A DNA stretch of 32,000 nt. It comes from Bacillus subtilis subsp. subtilis str. 168 (GTDB lineage Bacteria; Bacillota; Bacilli; Bacillales; Bacillaceae). The notes under the pieces are model-generated. The model did no database searches. It had not been told where the DNA came from and worked only from the letters and a program-made list of their open reading frames with translations. The stretch spans positions 2,220,001-2,252,000 of the forward strand of contig NC_000964.3 of NCBI RefSeq assembly GCF_000009045.1, in the 5' to 3' direction. Positions within the stretch are counted from its first letter, which is position 1. Each line of letters opens with the position of its first letter. The translations under genes and the position numbers were made by a program. Positions 18,453 through 27,366 of this stretch are shown here, in pieces.

Positions 18453-19086
18453 TTACCACAAGGTTAACATTAATAATAAACTTCTTCATGATGGTAAGCT
18501 TATTTTCCAACAAGGCCTTAAGGGGTTTGAATCTGAAAAAGTCACAATTGATGGAATCGAAAAAACAGTAATGATCACTTCTAAGTACTCTAGTGGCGAT
18601 GGTTCTGCAAGATATATATTAGGTGAAATTGCTGACATTTATCGTGGCGGAGTTGTTAAGTTTAATGATGAAACATGGCTCATCACCTCCCACCCTCTCA
18701 GTAATAAGATTTACAAAAAGGCTGAGATAAAAATATGTGGAACATCATTTTTTCTTACTTCAGAAGACAAGCTAATCGATACTGGCAAAATTAACGAAAT
18801 CACTGGTAAGCCAATTTATGAAAAAGTACCTGGCGAAAAAACTGAAGTCCCCTGCATATTCGAAAGGACAACTTCAATAAATGGCACTGAATTGGCGGTA
18901 AATCTTCCTGATGGTCAAGCAAACATTACAATTCCTTATCTTGTTCATGAAAAATTGAAAATCGGACTTACCCTCACCTTCTTTGGCGAAGATTATCAAG
19001 TCGATGATATAGACTATTCTAAAGTTTATGGAGACCACGGAACAATAAAATTGGTTGCCAAAAAGAAAGTTGGTGAAAAGACATGA
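18427..19086 (+). CDS. Head completion/neck-region protein
   Basis: 219-aa ORF in connector cluster position; translationally coupled overlaps on both sides. Confidence 0.55.
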   Translation: MIRMKDYSNYHKVNINNKLLHDGKLIFQQGLKGFESEKVTIDGIEKTVMITSKYSSGDGSARYILGEIADIYRGGVVKFNDETWLITSHPLSNKIYKKAEIKICGTSFFLTSEDKLIDTGKINEITGKPIYEKVPGEKTEVPCIFERTTSINGTELAVNLPDGQANITIPYLVHEKLKIGLTLTFFGEDYQVDDIDYSKVYGDHGTIKLVAKKKVGEKT

Positions 19087-19589
19087 GCATGACTGTTGAA
19101 CAGATGACAAAAGTCTTCAGATTAGTTATGGATGATGTTGAACTGAATCGGCTCTTGTATTACAAAACTGATCCTCTCTCCCCTTCTCATCCAGATGTTC
19201 AATCACTCGAAAATTATTATGACTCCACAAATGACTCTCCCGCTATAATCAATACCATATTCAAGCGAGCACCTAAAACAGATGATCTATCGGATTCACC
19301 ATTATGTAGGATGTGTATTTATTTAGGGAATGCATTGCCTAAGCCGACAAACCAAAGCTTTATGTTGTTAAATCAAGAATTGATGATCGATGTATACACA
19401 CACATTAATACATTTGAGATATCTGAGTATCGAAGTTTGAAAATCATCGACAGGGTTTCAAAATTATTTTTCAATAAAAATATTGCTGGTTTTGGTGTAA
19501 CAGTAGATTATAAACGTTTGCTTATTAGTAATCCCCCTGACGGATATTTGGGCTACAAGATGATCTTTACTTTTGGAGCAAGTAAATGA
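19083..19589 (+). CDS. Neck/tail-completion-like protein
   Basis: 168-aa ORF, 4-nt overlap with upstream CDS. Confidence 0.55.
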   Translation: MSMTVEQMTKVFRLVMDDVELNRLLYYKTDPLSPSHPDVQSLENYYDSTNDSPAIINTIFKRAPKTDDLSDSPLCRMCIYLGNALPKPTNQSFMLLNQELMIDVYTHINTFEISEYRSLKIIDRVSKLFFNKNIAGFGVTVDYKRLLISNPPDGYLGYKMIFTFGASK

Positions 19590-20296
19590 ATGAGTTAAAG
19601 GATTTCTTTTTCTTAGGAAAACCGATCCAGACTGAAATAGGAGAGATTGATTTCATCCGCTTAAAAGATTATCCTCTCTACACCAAAGAACTAAGCATGT
19701 TGAGGATGAATAAGAAAAGTCTTATTAAAGAATATTCAAGGTTTAATGAGGATGGCTCGCTTGACCCATTTATTATTGAAATGAAAAAGAGAGATCTTTA
19801 TGAAATTGTACATTCGGTACTCCCTGATTTTCACGAGGCTTATTTCAAAGTTTTTTCAAAAGTATTGATAAACAAGGATTCCCTATCGTTGATTGGAAAA
19901 CATAATTTTCCCCGTCTCCGAAAACTAATACTAGACATGCATTGTATCACTGAAGACAAGGTCGTTGACAATGATGAACTTCAGGAGTTCCATGATATAA
20001 GTAAATCACTCAAGCAACAAGATTCTCAAAGTGATTTAAAGGATATAGTAAGCTGTGTTGCTGCATTTAACGGATACACGTATGAAGAAATATCTGAAAT
20101 GACGATGTATCAACTATATTTGTCGTTCTACAGGATGGCTGAAGTTATGAATTATAACACAACCACACTTTTTGCTACCGTCTCTCCTGATGTCAAAGTA
20201 AGTGATTGGAGTAGTCACATTAATCTTTACAAGGAAGAGTCTTATCACCTGAGCACTAAAGATGCTAAAAATATCGAGCAATTATTTGGAGGCTAA
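19586..20296 (+). CDS. Structural-operon protein of unknown function
   Basis: 236-aa ORF, ATGA overlap with the previous CDS. Confidence 0.6.
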   Translation: MNELKDFFFLGKPIQTEIGEIDFIRLKDYPLYTKELSMLRMNKKSLIKEYSRFNEDGSLDPFIIEMKKRDLYEIVHSVLPDFHEAYFKVFSKVLINKDSLSLIGKHNFPRLRKLILDMHCITEDKVVDNDELQEFHDISKSLKQQDSQSDLKDIVSCVAAFNGYTYEEISEMTMYQLYLSFYRMAEVMNYNTTTLFATVSPDVKVSDWSSHINLYKEESYHLSTKDAKNIEQLFGG

Positions 20297-20338
20297 TTAA
20301 CTTTAGTCTCTTTTTATTTTTATTTAGGAGGAAACAAT

Positions 20339-21136
20339 TTGGCAAAACAAACAGTAATCCATGAAGTTGGAAAAATTACAGCTAAACGTCTGAGCGATAA
20401 TAAGGTTATTGCTTCAGGTGTTACACAAATGACTCAGTTTTCCCAACAAGTTCAACAAGACTTTTTAAAAGGCGGATGGGGTAACCGAGACCTGTATGTT
20501 ATTAATTCAAGTAAAGAAGTATCGGGTAATGTCCGAAATGCTTTCTTTGATCTTGATTTCATGGCAATGCAGCAAGGTGTAAAAATTGAAAACGAAACAA
20601 TTTCTGTGTGGGAAGATGAAAGCTTAACAGTTAGTGATACTGGTACGGTTATCCTTTCATATCTCCCATTGTCTAAAGTTTCATTAACTAACGAAGATGG
20701 AGATCAAATTGAAGTTGACGCTGCATCTAAAACAGTTACTGTGCCTGATACCTTTGCAACCAAGGGTGAAGCTTTAGCAGTTCATTATCAAATTGAAGTT
20801 GAAGCCGAGACTGTTGAAATTAACGGTGAAAAATTCTCTGAGAATTACTACTTTGAAATTCACACAATTGAATACGATCCTAAGACTTCAAAAATCTACA
20901 GTGACCTTTATATTCAGCTCCCTAAAGTAAACTTCTCTGGTGAAGCAGATATGTCGTTTGAAGCAGGAAATGCATACACTCCGGAAATCGGCTATCGAGC
21001 CCTTGCTGATAATAACGGAAAAATCGGTAACTTTGCTCGTGTAAAACGTAAAGCTGATGGGACAAAGGGCGTTGTCACTAGTGATGAAGGAACTGGCTCA
21101 TCTCAAAGCTCAGATCTTGGCGGAACAACTGAATAA
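20339..21136 (+). CDS. Putative major tail tube protein
   Basis: 265 aa, strong RBS, TTG start. Position and sequence (MAKQTVIHEVGKITAKRLSDNKVIASGVTQMTQFSQQV...VKVNFSGEADMSFEAGNAY style) resemble tail tube proteins. Confidence 0.6.
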   Translation: MAKQTVIHEVGKITAKRLSDNKVIASGVTQMTQFSQQVQQDFLKGGWGNRDLYVINSSKEVSGNVRNAFFDLDFMAMQQGVKIENETISVWEDESLTVSDTGTVILSYLPLSKVSLTNEDGDQIEVDAASKTVTVPDTFATKGEALAVHYQIEVEAETVEINGEKFSENYYFEIHTIEYDPKTSKIYSDLYIQLPKVNFSGEADMSFEAGNAYTPEIGYRALADNNGKIGNFARVKRKADGTKGVVTSDEGTGSSQSSDLGGTTE

Positions 21137-21153
21137 TTAAGGAGGCGTTTATT

Positions 21154-21765
21154 ATTGCTTTTTTAAACCAGGACGGTGATAAATACACCTCTGCAAAAGA
21201 TGATGGGACAGGTAATCCCATAACAGCTGTATCAATTGAACGTTCCACTGTCCCCTTGGAGGTTGGTCTCAATAATGACCAGCCTCTTAATGTTAATGTG
21301 GCCAACACTGCACTTGATGTAAATATAACTAATACGGCTTCTGTCCCTGTTTTGGTTAAAAACACTGCAGCAATTAAAACCCAAGTTCAAAAATCCTATT
21401 CTGAATTTGTTGTTACTGATGCTGATACCGTAGCTACAGGTGCAACTAAGTCTTATACAGTTGATCTAATCGATTCACTTGGTGTTTTCAGAACTTACGG
21501 TGTTGCTATGTACACAACTCAAACAGACAGCTCAAACAGCAAAGTTTTAGCAAGTATTTATTCCGTACCGAAAAACATCCCATTTTATTCTGCAACTACA
21601 TCAGGTAATGATAATTCTGTTCTATTCAACAGCATTGTTTTTGTTCAGAATTACCCTTTACAAAAACAATTAACTTTCACTGCTCCAAAAATACATCTGA
21701 CAGTTAAAGCAGCCGGTACAGTTGATCTAACTGGGTTAAAAATCGTTGTTTGGGGGATGGAATAA
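21154..21765 (+). CDS. Structural protein with probable non-canonical ATT start (IAFLNQDGDKYTSAKDDGTG...)
   Basis: The frame is open from AAGGAGG (21139-21145). ORF tool start (TTG 21256) has no suitable RBS spacing context and truncates a coding-looking N-terminus. Confidence 0.65.
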   Translation: MAFLNQDGDKYTSAKDDGTGNPITAVSIERSTVPLEVGLNNDQPLNVNVANTALDVNITNTASVPVLVKNTAAIKTQVQKSYSEFVVTDADTVATGATKSYTVDLIDSLGVFRTYGVAMYTTQTDSSNSKVLASIYSVPKNIPFYSATTSGNDNSVLFNSIVFVQNYPLQKQLTFTAPKIHLTVKAAGTVDLTGLKIVVWGME

Positions 21766-21992
21766 TGACATTTGATGAAGTATGTGGTCTGTTCAAACAA
21801 TTTGATGGTTTGGAACAAAAATTCCTATTACTATCAGATGGATCCTATATCAGTGTTGATGATTTCAAGCAACGCTTTGAAGGCGACTTCAATGAGTACG
21901 AACCTTTAAGTTCGCTTCAGTCATCCCCTTCCTCTACCCCAGCTTGGGAAGGTATATGGAATAAGCTACAAGAGGATGGGCTTTTTGAATAA
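21750..21992 (+). CDS. Small hypothetical protein
   Basis: 80-aa ORF. Likely start is ATG at 21764 region (ATAATGACATTTG), overlapping the upstream stop. Confidence 0.5.
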   Translation: MGDGIMTFDEVCGLFKQFDGLEQKFLLLSDGSYISVDDFKQRFEGDFNEYEPLSSLQSSPSSTPAWEGIWNKLQEDGLFE

Positions 21993-22052
21993 GTCCTCCC
22001 CTCTTGTTTTTCTAGATAAAAGACAGTTTTTATTCAAATTAAGGAGGTGGAG

Positions 22053-22412
22053 TTGTTGACAGAAACGACTGAAAATGTCGTAATCACGATTCCAGACAAA
22101 ACTTCATTTACATTTCACGAAGCCGCAACTTCCCCATCTGAAGGTGAAGAATTTGTAGTGGGTCATTTTCGGGAACTTACTGTTAAGATCTCTGGTTCCT
22201 CAACTTCACGAGAAATAAAGTTTTATGCAGTTGATGAAAATGGCGAAAAAACTGCACTTAGTGGCACCAATAAAACAGACTTCCAACTTGGGAGCAGTAC
22301 TTTAAATACTAATGAGTATTGGGACTTCGACATTGCTGGATTGTTTAAAGTTATGTTCGAAGTAGTTTCTGTTACTGGTGATGTAACTGTTAAAGGGATT
22401 GTGGTGAGTTAA
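22053..22412 (+). CDS. Tail/baseplate-associated protein with beta-sandwich-like sequence
   Basis: ~119 aa, AAGGAGG RBS at 22041 and TTG start. Sequence ends DIAGLFKVMFEVVSVTGDVTVKGIVVS. Confidence 0.6.
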   Translation: MLTETTENVVITIPDKTSFTFHEAATSPSEGEEFVVGHFRELTVKISGSSTSREIKFYAVDENGEKTALSGTNKTDFQLGSSTLNTNEYWDFDIAGLFKVMFEVVSVTGDVTVKGIVVS

Positions 22413-22413
22413 G

Positions 22414-23631
22414 ATGAGCAGCAGTAAATACGTCGGTCAACTCAAACAAAACAATATTCAGATCAATTCATTAAGAGGATCCAATGACAGAGCTGAAAAA
22501 CATATGCTTGAGCATGAACAAGCATTAACAGAAAAAACAAATTTGTTTATGGAATATCAACAGAATGAGCTCAAGAAACATACTGATGATAAGTCTAATC
22601 CTCATTTAGTCACCAAAGAGCAGGTTGGTTTGGGCAATGTTTTAAATAATGTCCAAGCAACTAAAGAGGAATTTGACGAACATCTAAACGATACTCTCAA
22701 TCCCCATTCAGTAACTAAAAGCCAAGTTGGTTTAGCAAATGTCCTGAATGAAAAACAAGCAACTAAAACTGAATTTGATCAACATGCTCAAGATACAATT
22801 ATTCATATTACAGCTTCAGAGAGAACTACTTGGAATGCCGCGGAAAGCAATTCTAAAAAGTATACTGACGCACATTCTCAGAACACAAACAATCCTCATA
22901 AAGTAACTGCAATTCAGGTCGGGTTAGGAAACCTTACGAATGATAAACAAGCGACAAAATTAGAATTTGATGCTCACATAAAAGATAATGAGCGTCATAT
23001 CACTAGCACTGAAAGAAGTAAATGGAATTCTGCTCAATTAACTAAAATATCAAGCGATGATGGTCAACCACTAGTTTCTATAACAAGCGACTTTCATTCT
23101 GAACTTTTGAATTCTCCTACTTTAACATATTTCGGATATGATAAGGCTGCCTTAGAAGCACCTCCAAGTAACGGGCGGGGATTTTGGACATGTAGTGCTG
23201 ATAAACTTTATGGTCAAGCTATTGTTCTGACTAATGATAATAAGACTTACAGAAAATCATTGATAAACGGAGCATGGTCAAGTTGGGAACGATTGATAAG
23301 TAGCAGTGAAATTGATAACGTGCCTTGGTTAAGCGTTACATATAAAAATGGCGCAAAGACAGGCTCAAGGCCACTTCAATATCGTAAAGTAGCTGGGACT
23401 TTGCAGCTTAGTGGGCACGTTGTAACAAACCGAGATGTAGTATTTGCTTCTATTCCAACTGAATTTTCTCCAACACAAGGTGCTGTTAAGTCTGTTGAAG
23501 TGAGTGGAACTTTCGGCAGAAGTAAATTATTTGTAAACTCTAATGGTGACCTTCAGCTAAGTGGGGTATCAGCTGACAACAGTGCTGCAATAACGGGTTA
23601 CTACATAGATGTAGTTGTTCCGTTGAATTAG
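22414..23631 (+). CDS. Tail fibre protein with repeated NPHxVTxxQVGLxNVxNxxQATK units
   Basis: 405 aa with at least three repeats of phage tail-collar/fibre type; C-terminal beta-rich domain with WTCSADKLYGQAIVLTND...GAWSSWERL. Confidence 0.9.
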   Translation: MSSSKYVGQLKQNNIQINSLRGSNDRAEKHMLEHEQALTEKTNLFMEYQQNELKKHTDDKSNPHLVTKEQVGLGNVLNNVQATKEEFDEHLNDTLNPHSVTKSQVGLANVLNEKQATKTEFDQHAQDTIIHITASERTTWNAAESNSKKYTDAHSQNTNNPHKVTAIQVGLGNLTNDKQATKLEFDAHIKDNERHITSTERSKWNSAQLTKISSDDGQPLVSITSDFHSELLNSPTLTYFGYDKAALEAPPSNGRGFWTCSADKLYGQAIVLTNDNKTYRKSLINGAWSSWERLISSSEIDNVPWLSVTYKNGAKTGSRPLQYRKVAGTLQLSGHVVTNRDVVFASIPTEFSPTQGAVKSVEVSGTFGRSKLFVNSNGDLQLSGVSADNSAAITGYYIDVVVPLN

Positions 23632-23641
23632 GAGGTAAGTC

Positions 23642-23992
23642 GTGATACAAGTCTATAAATATGACGAAAATTTTATGTTCGTTGAACCCCTAGTTGTAAC
23701 TGAAATCGATGAAAAGGGAGATTATATTTTTCCCGATAATTGCACTTCTGTTCCATTACCTGACTCTCCCTCCTATTACCTTCCACGATTTGATTTATCA
23801 AAACAAGTTTGGATAGAAACAGCCTCTCAAGAATATATAGACAGCCTCTCACCGCCCCCTGAAGAACCTTCTGATGTGGAATTACTTGGACAATCACTAG
23901 CTGAAGCCAGAATTTTAATTTTAAAACAAAATCGCATAATCTTAAATTTACAAAATGAAGTTAAAAACTTGAAAGATGGGACAACAGCATGA
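23642..23992 (+). CDS. XkdW-like protein
   Basis: 116 aa, proline-rich middle then coiled-coil tail, between the tail fibre and XkdX-like gene. Confidence 0.65.
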   Translation: MIQVYKYDENFMFVEPLVVTEIDEKGDYIFPDNCTSVPLPDSPSYYLPRFDLSKQVWIETASQEYIDSLSPPPEEPSDVELLGQSLAEARILILKQNRIILNLQNEVKNLKDGTTA

Positions 23993-24180
23993 GCAATTTT
24001 TGGGTTATAGCCCTAAACAAAAACTGGGCAACTCTTGATCAGGTTAAAGAAGCTTATTATTACGATGATGTAACTAAGGAAGAACTCAAAGAAGGAGTAG
24101 ACAATAACTTAATTACTCCTGAACAATATCAAGAAATTGTTGGGGAAGCCTATACTTCAGTTACCTTATCTACAGAATAA
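23989..24180 (+). CDS. XkdX-like small tail protein
   Basis: 63 aa MSNFWVIALNKNWATLDQVKEAYYYDDVTKEELKEGVDNNLITPEQYQEIVGEAY matches the XkdX family pattern. Confidence 0.8.
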   Translation: MSNFWVIALNKNWATLDQVKEAYYYDDVTKEELKEGVDNNLITPEQYQEIVGEAYTSVTLSTE

Positions 24181-24229
24181 ACACGTTATCATTGTTTGCT
24201 CAAAATGAGGATATTAAGGAGGATATTAA

Positions 24230-24730
24230 ATGGCATCAAAAAAATTGAATTTAAGTTTAATTGAGGAAAGTGTCAATAAGTATGACAAGAAAGAAAAAGT
24301 CCAATTAACCGATGATGTACATGTATTCATCTACCCATACTTTTCTCCTTCTCGGTTAACAAAAATGCTAACTGAAATGATCTCTGATCAACAAAAAGCT
24401 GAAGATAAAGGTATTGATTTTAGTAAAATCAACACTGTTCAATGGGTATTCTTTTCAATTGTCAAAGAATTTTCAGATTTGGGGATTCCGAATGACATCA
24501 AAAATAAAGTTAAATGGTACCTTAAGCTTGTAGATTCCGAATTCTTCCCTATGATTATTAACAGTTTTCCAAAAGAAAGTATGAAGAAGCTTAAGGATGC
24601 AACAAAAGCTTTAGAAAAAATCACTGAAGACTTGTTAACTATGAGCCACCAGGAAATCAACAAGCTTATTCTAGAAAAGGTAGAAGAAATAGAGACTGGT
24701 TCTGGTGAAGTTAGTGGCGAAAACAATTAA
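24230..24730 (+). CDS. Putative tail assembly chaperone-like protein
   Basis: 166-aa ORF upstream of the tape measure region, strong RBS. Confidence 0.5.
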   Translation: MASKKLNLSLIEESVNKYDKKEKVQLTDDVHVFIYPYFSPSRLTKMLTEMISDQQKAEDKGIDFSKINTVQWVFFSIVKEFSDLGIPNDIKNKVKWYLKLVDSEFFPMIINSFPKESMKKLKDATKALEKITEDLLTMSHQEINKLILEKVEEIETGSGEVSGENN

Positions 24731-25133
24731 AGATATCAAAGCTATGGTTGAACAAGCTGCAATTCAATCAATTCATAAGTCTTCCTCTAATGTGAAACAA
24801 ATTATGGTAAAAACAGGACAAGAGCATATTGTTGAAGATGTTTACGGTGCATATGATCCCCTACTTTATGAACGCACAGGACAAGTTAAAGATGCCTTTA
24901 TAACCACCAACGAAAGCAACGGGGTGTCATTGGACAATATTAGAGAAGATGATGGAAAAGACATTGCTACAGTTATTGAAACCGGGCAGGGGTATACATA
25001 CCCTGATTCATATGGATATGGATACGGTAACCCTCGTCCTTTTATGAAGAATACCTCTGAGACCTTAAGAGATGGACGATTAACCGCAGCGCTAAAAAAA
25101 GATTTAAAAGCAGATGGTATTAAAACAGACTAA
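24705..25133 (+). CDS. Phage tail-completion/HK97-gp10-like protein
   Basis: 142-aa ORF: GHIVEDVYGAYDPLLYERTGQVKDAFITT...NPRPFMKNTSETLRDGRLTAALKKDL. Confidence 0.55.
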   Translation: MKLVAKTIKDIKAMVEQAAIQSIHKSSSNVKQIMVKTGQEHIVEDVYGAYDPLLYERTGQVKDAFITTNESNGVSLDNIREDDGKDIATVIETGQGYTYPDSYGYGYGNPRPFMKNTSETLRDGRLTAALKKDLKADGIKTD

Positions 25134-25146
25134 TGGTGGTGAATTA

Positions 25147-26148
25147 ATGACCAAACCAATTGAAAAGAATATGCTCAGATCTCGAGCAATAAAACTCCCC
25201 GAGGTCACGGAATCAATGTGGGAGCAAGTAGATGAAGAGCACAGAAACTTGGTTCAAGAGTTTTTAGATGCTCATTCATTTAGAGATAAAACACGAAAGC
25301 AGTATTACTCCTCCCTTCGCCAATTCTTTTGGTGGGTACATACCTCTCTTAACGGGAAAAAACTTTATAAGATCTCAAAGCGTGATTTCATTAGGTATCA
25401 AAGTTTCTTAAAGAATCGTGGGATGTCTTCAAGTGGGATTGCTTTAAAAAAAGCCGGTGTATCATCGTTAAATAATTATATCGAAAATGTTGTTGCAGAA
25501 GATGATCATAATTATGAGAAATTCAGAAATTTCACCCGCGGGCTTCCAGCTATTCCTAAAACCACTACCTATGAAAAAGTTAAAGTTACATATGATGATT
25601 ATAAACTGATGATGGACGCCCTAAAAGAGGACGAAAATTATTTGGGGATGGCATGGCTTGCTACTGCCTTTAATGTTGGCGGGCGAAGAGCAGAACTCAT
25701 ACAGTTAAAAACAGAAATATTAGATTACCCTGTTCCAGAGGGTCAGTCATACGTGATGAGTCATAAGGTATTTGGAAAAGGTAAAGGTGAAGGAAAACCT
25801 CTTGAGTACATGATTAACACAGAAGCACTGGAGTATCTTCGCTTATGGCATGAAAAACGTGGCTATGATCATGAATACCTCTTCACTACTCAGTATGGCG
25901 GAGAGCCTAAACAGATGTCAGAGTCTTGGGCTGATTATTTTTGCTCTGATGTGTTATCAGACATCCTTGGTCGACGTATAAACCCCCACCTCTTTAAAGC
26001 TTCGTGCATCACTTATCTCCTAGAAGTTAAGAAAGTCAAAATTGAATTGATAAGCAAATATGTAGCTCATCATGAAGATGTCTCAACAACAATCAAACAT
26101 TATGATTTACGGGATTTTGAAGAAGAAAAAAATCAAATATTTGTTTAG
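25147..26148 (+). CDS. yomM: Tyrosine recombinase/integrase-like protein (YomM)
   Basis: Core motifs NVGGRRAELIQLK, HLFKASCITYLLE and VSTTIKHYDL. Likely ATG start at 25147 (RBS GGTGG). Confidence 0.85.
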   Translation: MTKPIEKNMLRSRAIKLPEVTESMWEQVDEEHRNLVQEFLDAHSFRDKTRKQYYSSLRQFFWWVHTSLNGKKLYKISKRDFIRYQSFLKNRGMSSSGIALKKAGVSSLNNYIENVVAEDDHNYEKFRNFTRGLPAIPKTTTYEKVKVTYDDYKLMMDALKEDENYLGMAWLATAFNVGGRRAELIQLKTEILDYPVPEGQSYVMSHKVFGKGKGEGKPLEYMINTEALEYLRLWHEKRGYDHEYLFTTQYGGEPKQMSESWADYFCSDVLSDILGRRINPHLFKASCITYLLEVKKVKIELISKYVAHHEDVSTTIKHYDLRDFEEEKNQIFV

Positions 26149-26150
26149 TT

Positions 26151-26480
26151 TTAAGCACCACAAATACATCCTGTTGAATCTCCAGTACTCCACCTTTTAC
26201 AAAATCTATTTCCGGTACAATCTCCAAAACAACCATTGTCCCCCATCGTTCCACAATGAACTAAGTTTAAATCAACTTCACTCGGTGAAATCCCTAAATA
26301 TTTTGCAACAATATGTATATATTCTTCCTCCTCCATCGGGGCCCAATAGTTCTTACCATCTATTTCGATAATTTTCCACCCGAATTTAGAATACATGTAT
26401 TCTGGAATGGATGGCATTTCAGTTTCAAAAAAGACTTTTTCTCCTTTTTCATATACTCTGATTCCATGGATTACTTTCAC
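26151..26480 (-). CDS. Hypothetical protein with C-terminal Cys-rich tail
   Basis: GTG start at 26480 with GGAGGAG RBS; 109 aa ending VHCGTMGDNGCFGDCTGNRFCKRWSTGDSTGCICGA. Confidence 0.7.
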   Translation of the reverse strand: MKVIHGIRVYEKGEKVFFETEMPSIPEYMYSKFGWKIIEIDGKNYWAPMEEEEYIHIVAKYLGISPSEVDLNLVHCGTMGDNGCFGDCTGNRFCKRWSTGDSTGCICGA

Positions 26481-26548
26481 GATATCTCCTCCAATTGATA
26501 ATTTGAGCTTAGTGTTAACCATTAGAGAAATTCTATTCAATTCAGCAT

Positions 26549-26596
26549 AAAATCCCTCTTTTATTCAGAATCAAGATTCCTCGTTTGAGGGATTTT
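26549..26596. terminator. Long inverted repeat / transcription terminator-like
   Basis: AAAATCCCTC (26549-26558) / GAGGGATTTT (26587-26596), 10 bp perfect, with inner GAAT/ATTC. Confidence 0.55.
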
Positions 26597-26612
26597 GCTT
26601 ATGTATAAAACA

Positions 26613-26651
26613 AAGAATCACTTTGTCCCCCGATAAAGACAAAGTGATTTT
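26613..26651 (-). terminator. Intrinsic terminator of the 26656-27342 gene
   Basis: AATCACTTTGTC (26616-26627) / GACAAAGTGATT (26638-26649), 12 bp perfect. Confidence 0.8.
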
Positions 26652-26655
26652 AAAA

Positions 26656-27342
26656 TTAGCTATTAGGTAAATCTACTTTTGCAGGAGTACTAGTCCACGG
26701 TTTGCCCATTTTCTTTTTATGGGCTTTATCTTCAAAAAATTGAACTGTAGCATACTGATACCAACTATCAGTCATTGCTCCTTTTTCGTATAAATCATAT
26801 TTATAATACGCATCAGGGATTTGTTCTTTTGCCCAATAAGAGAATAAAATAGTGGCAGCCTTACTCCCCCATCCCAAGCCAGGGACAATACCGACTAATG
26901 ACATTGTAACTGATAACGCATTTTTAGCTGCTTTTGTATGCCCAGATAAAGTCCCCACATAATGGTATCCCTTTTTAGGTTTTGCAGCCTGTGTTGTGAA
27001 TTCATTTGATTTCAAATTATTGTTTTCATAATTTGTTCTGTTAGCAGCATTTTCATCATACTCAAAGTTTAAGCCTTTTTGTTCTATGCCATCGACTTTT
27101 ACAGTATGATCATTTCCGTTCATCTGAACTTTGTGAGTTTCATTTCCACTCACATACTCAATTTCAACTAATTTCCCGTTCGATGAAATCTTTTCACTTT
27201 TCATTTTGTAATGTAGAGCTAGTTCTTCGTAAGAAGGGGTTGTCTTAGAGTCCTCCTTTGCAGTAGCGTAACCTGCAGGTAAAAGTGAGCCTAAAGTCAA
27301 TGATGCAGCCATAACACAAGTAATAACTCTTTTCTTTCTCAA
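26656..27342 (-). CDS. Secreted protein with signal peptide (YomL-like by position)
   Basis: 228 aa with N-terminus MRKKRVITCVMAASLTLGSLLPAGYATAKE (Sec signal peptide) and GGAGG RBS. Confidence 0.85.
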   Translation of the reverse strand: MRKKRVITCVMAASLTLGSLLPAGYATAKEDSKTTPSYEELALHYKMKSEKISSNGKLVEIEYVSGNETHKVQMNGNDHTVKVDGIEQKGLNFEYDENAANRTNYENNNLKSNEFTTQAAKPKKGYHYVGTLSGHTKAAKNALSVTMSLVGIVPGLGWGSKAATILFSYWAKEQIPDAYYKYDLYEKGAMTDSWYQYATVQFFEDKAHKKKMGKPWTSTPAKVDLPNS

Positions 27343-27366
27343 TTGAAATCCTCCTTGTGTTACACC

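Noticed and set aside
21078-21365. Minus-strand ORF over the tail tube/next gene junction
   Set aside because: It covers a strong plus-strand RBS and coding sequence on both sides, with no own promoter or RBS evidence.
26072-26371. 99-aa plus-strand ORF after yomM
   Set aside because: It overlaps the better-supported minus-strand gene (GTG start with GGAGGAG RBS) and the end of yomM; composition is non-protein-like.
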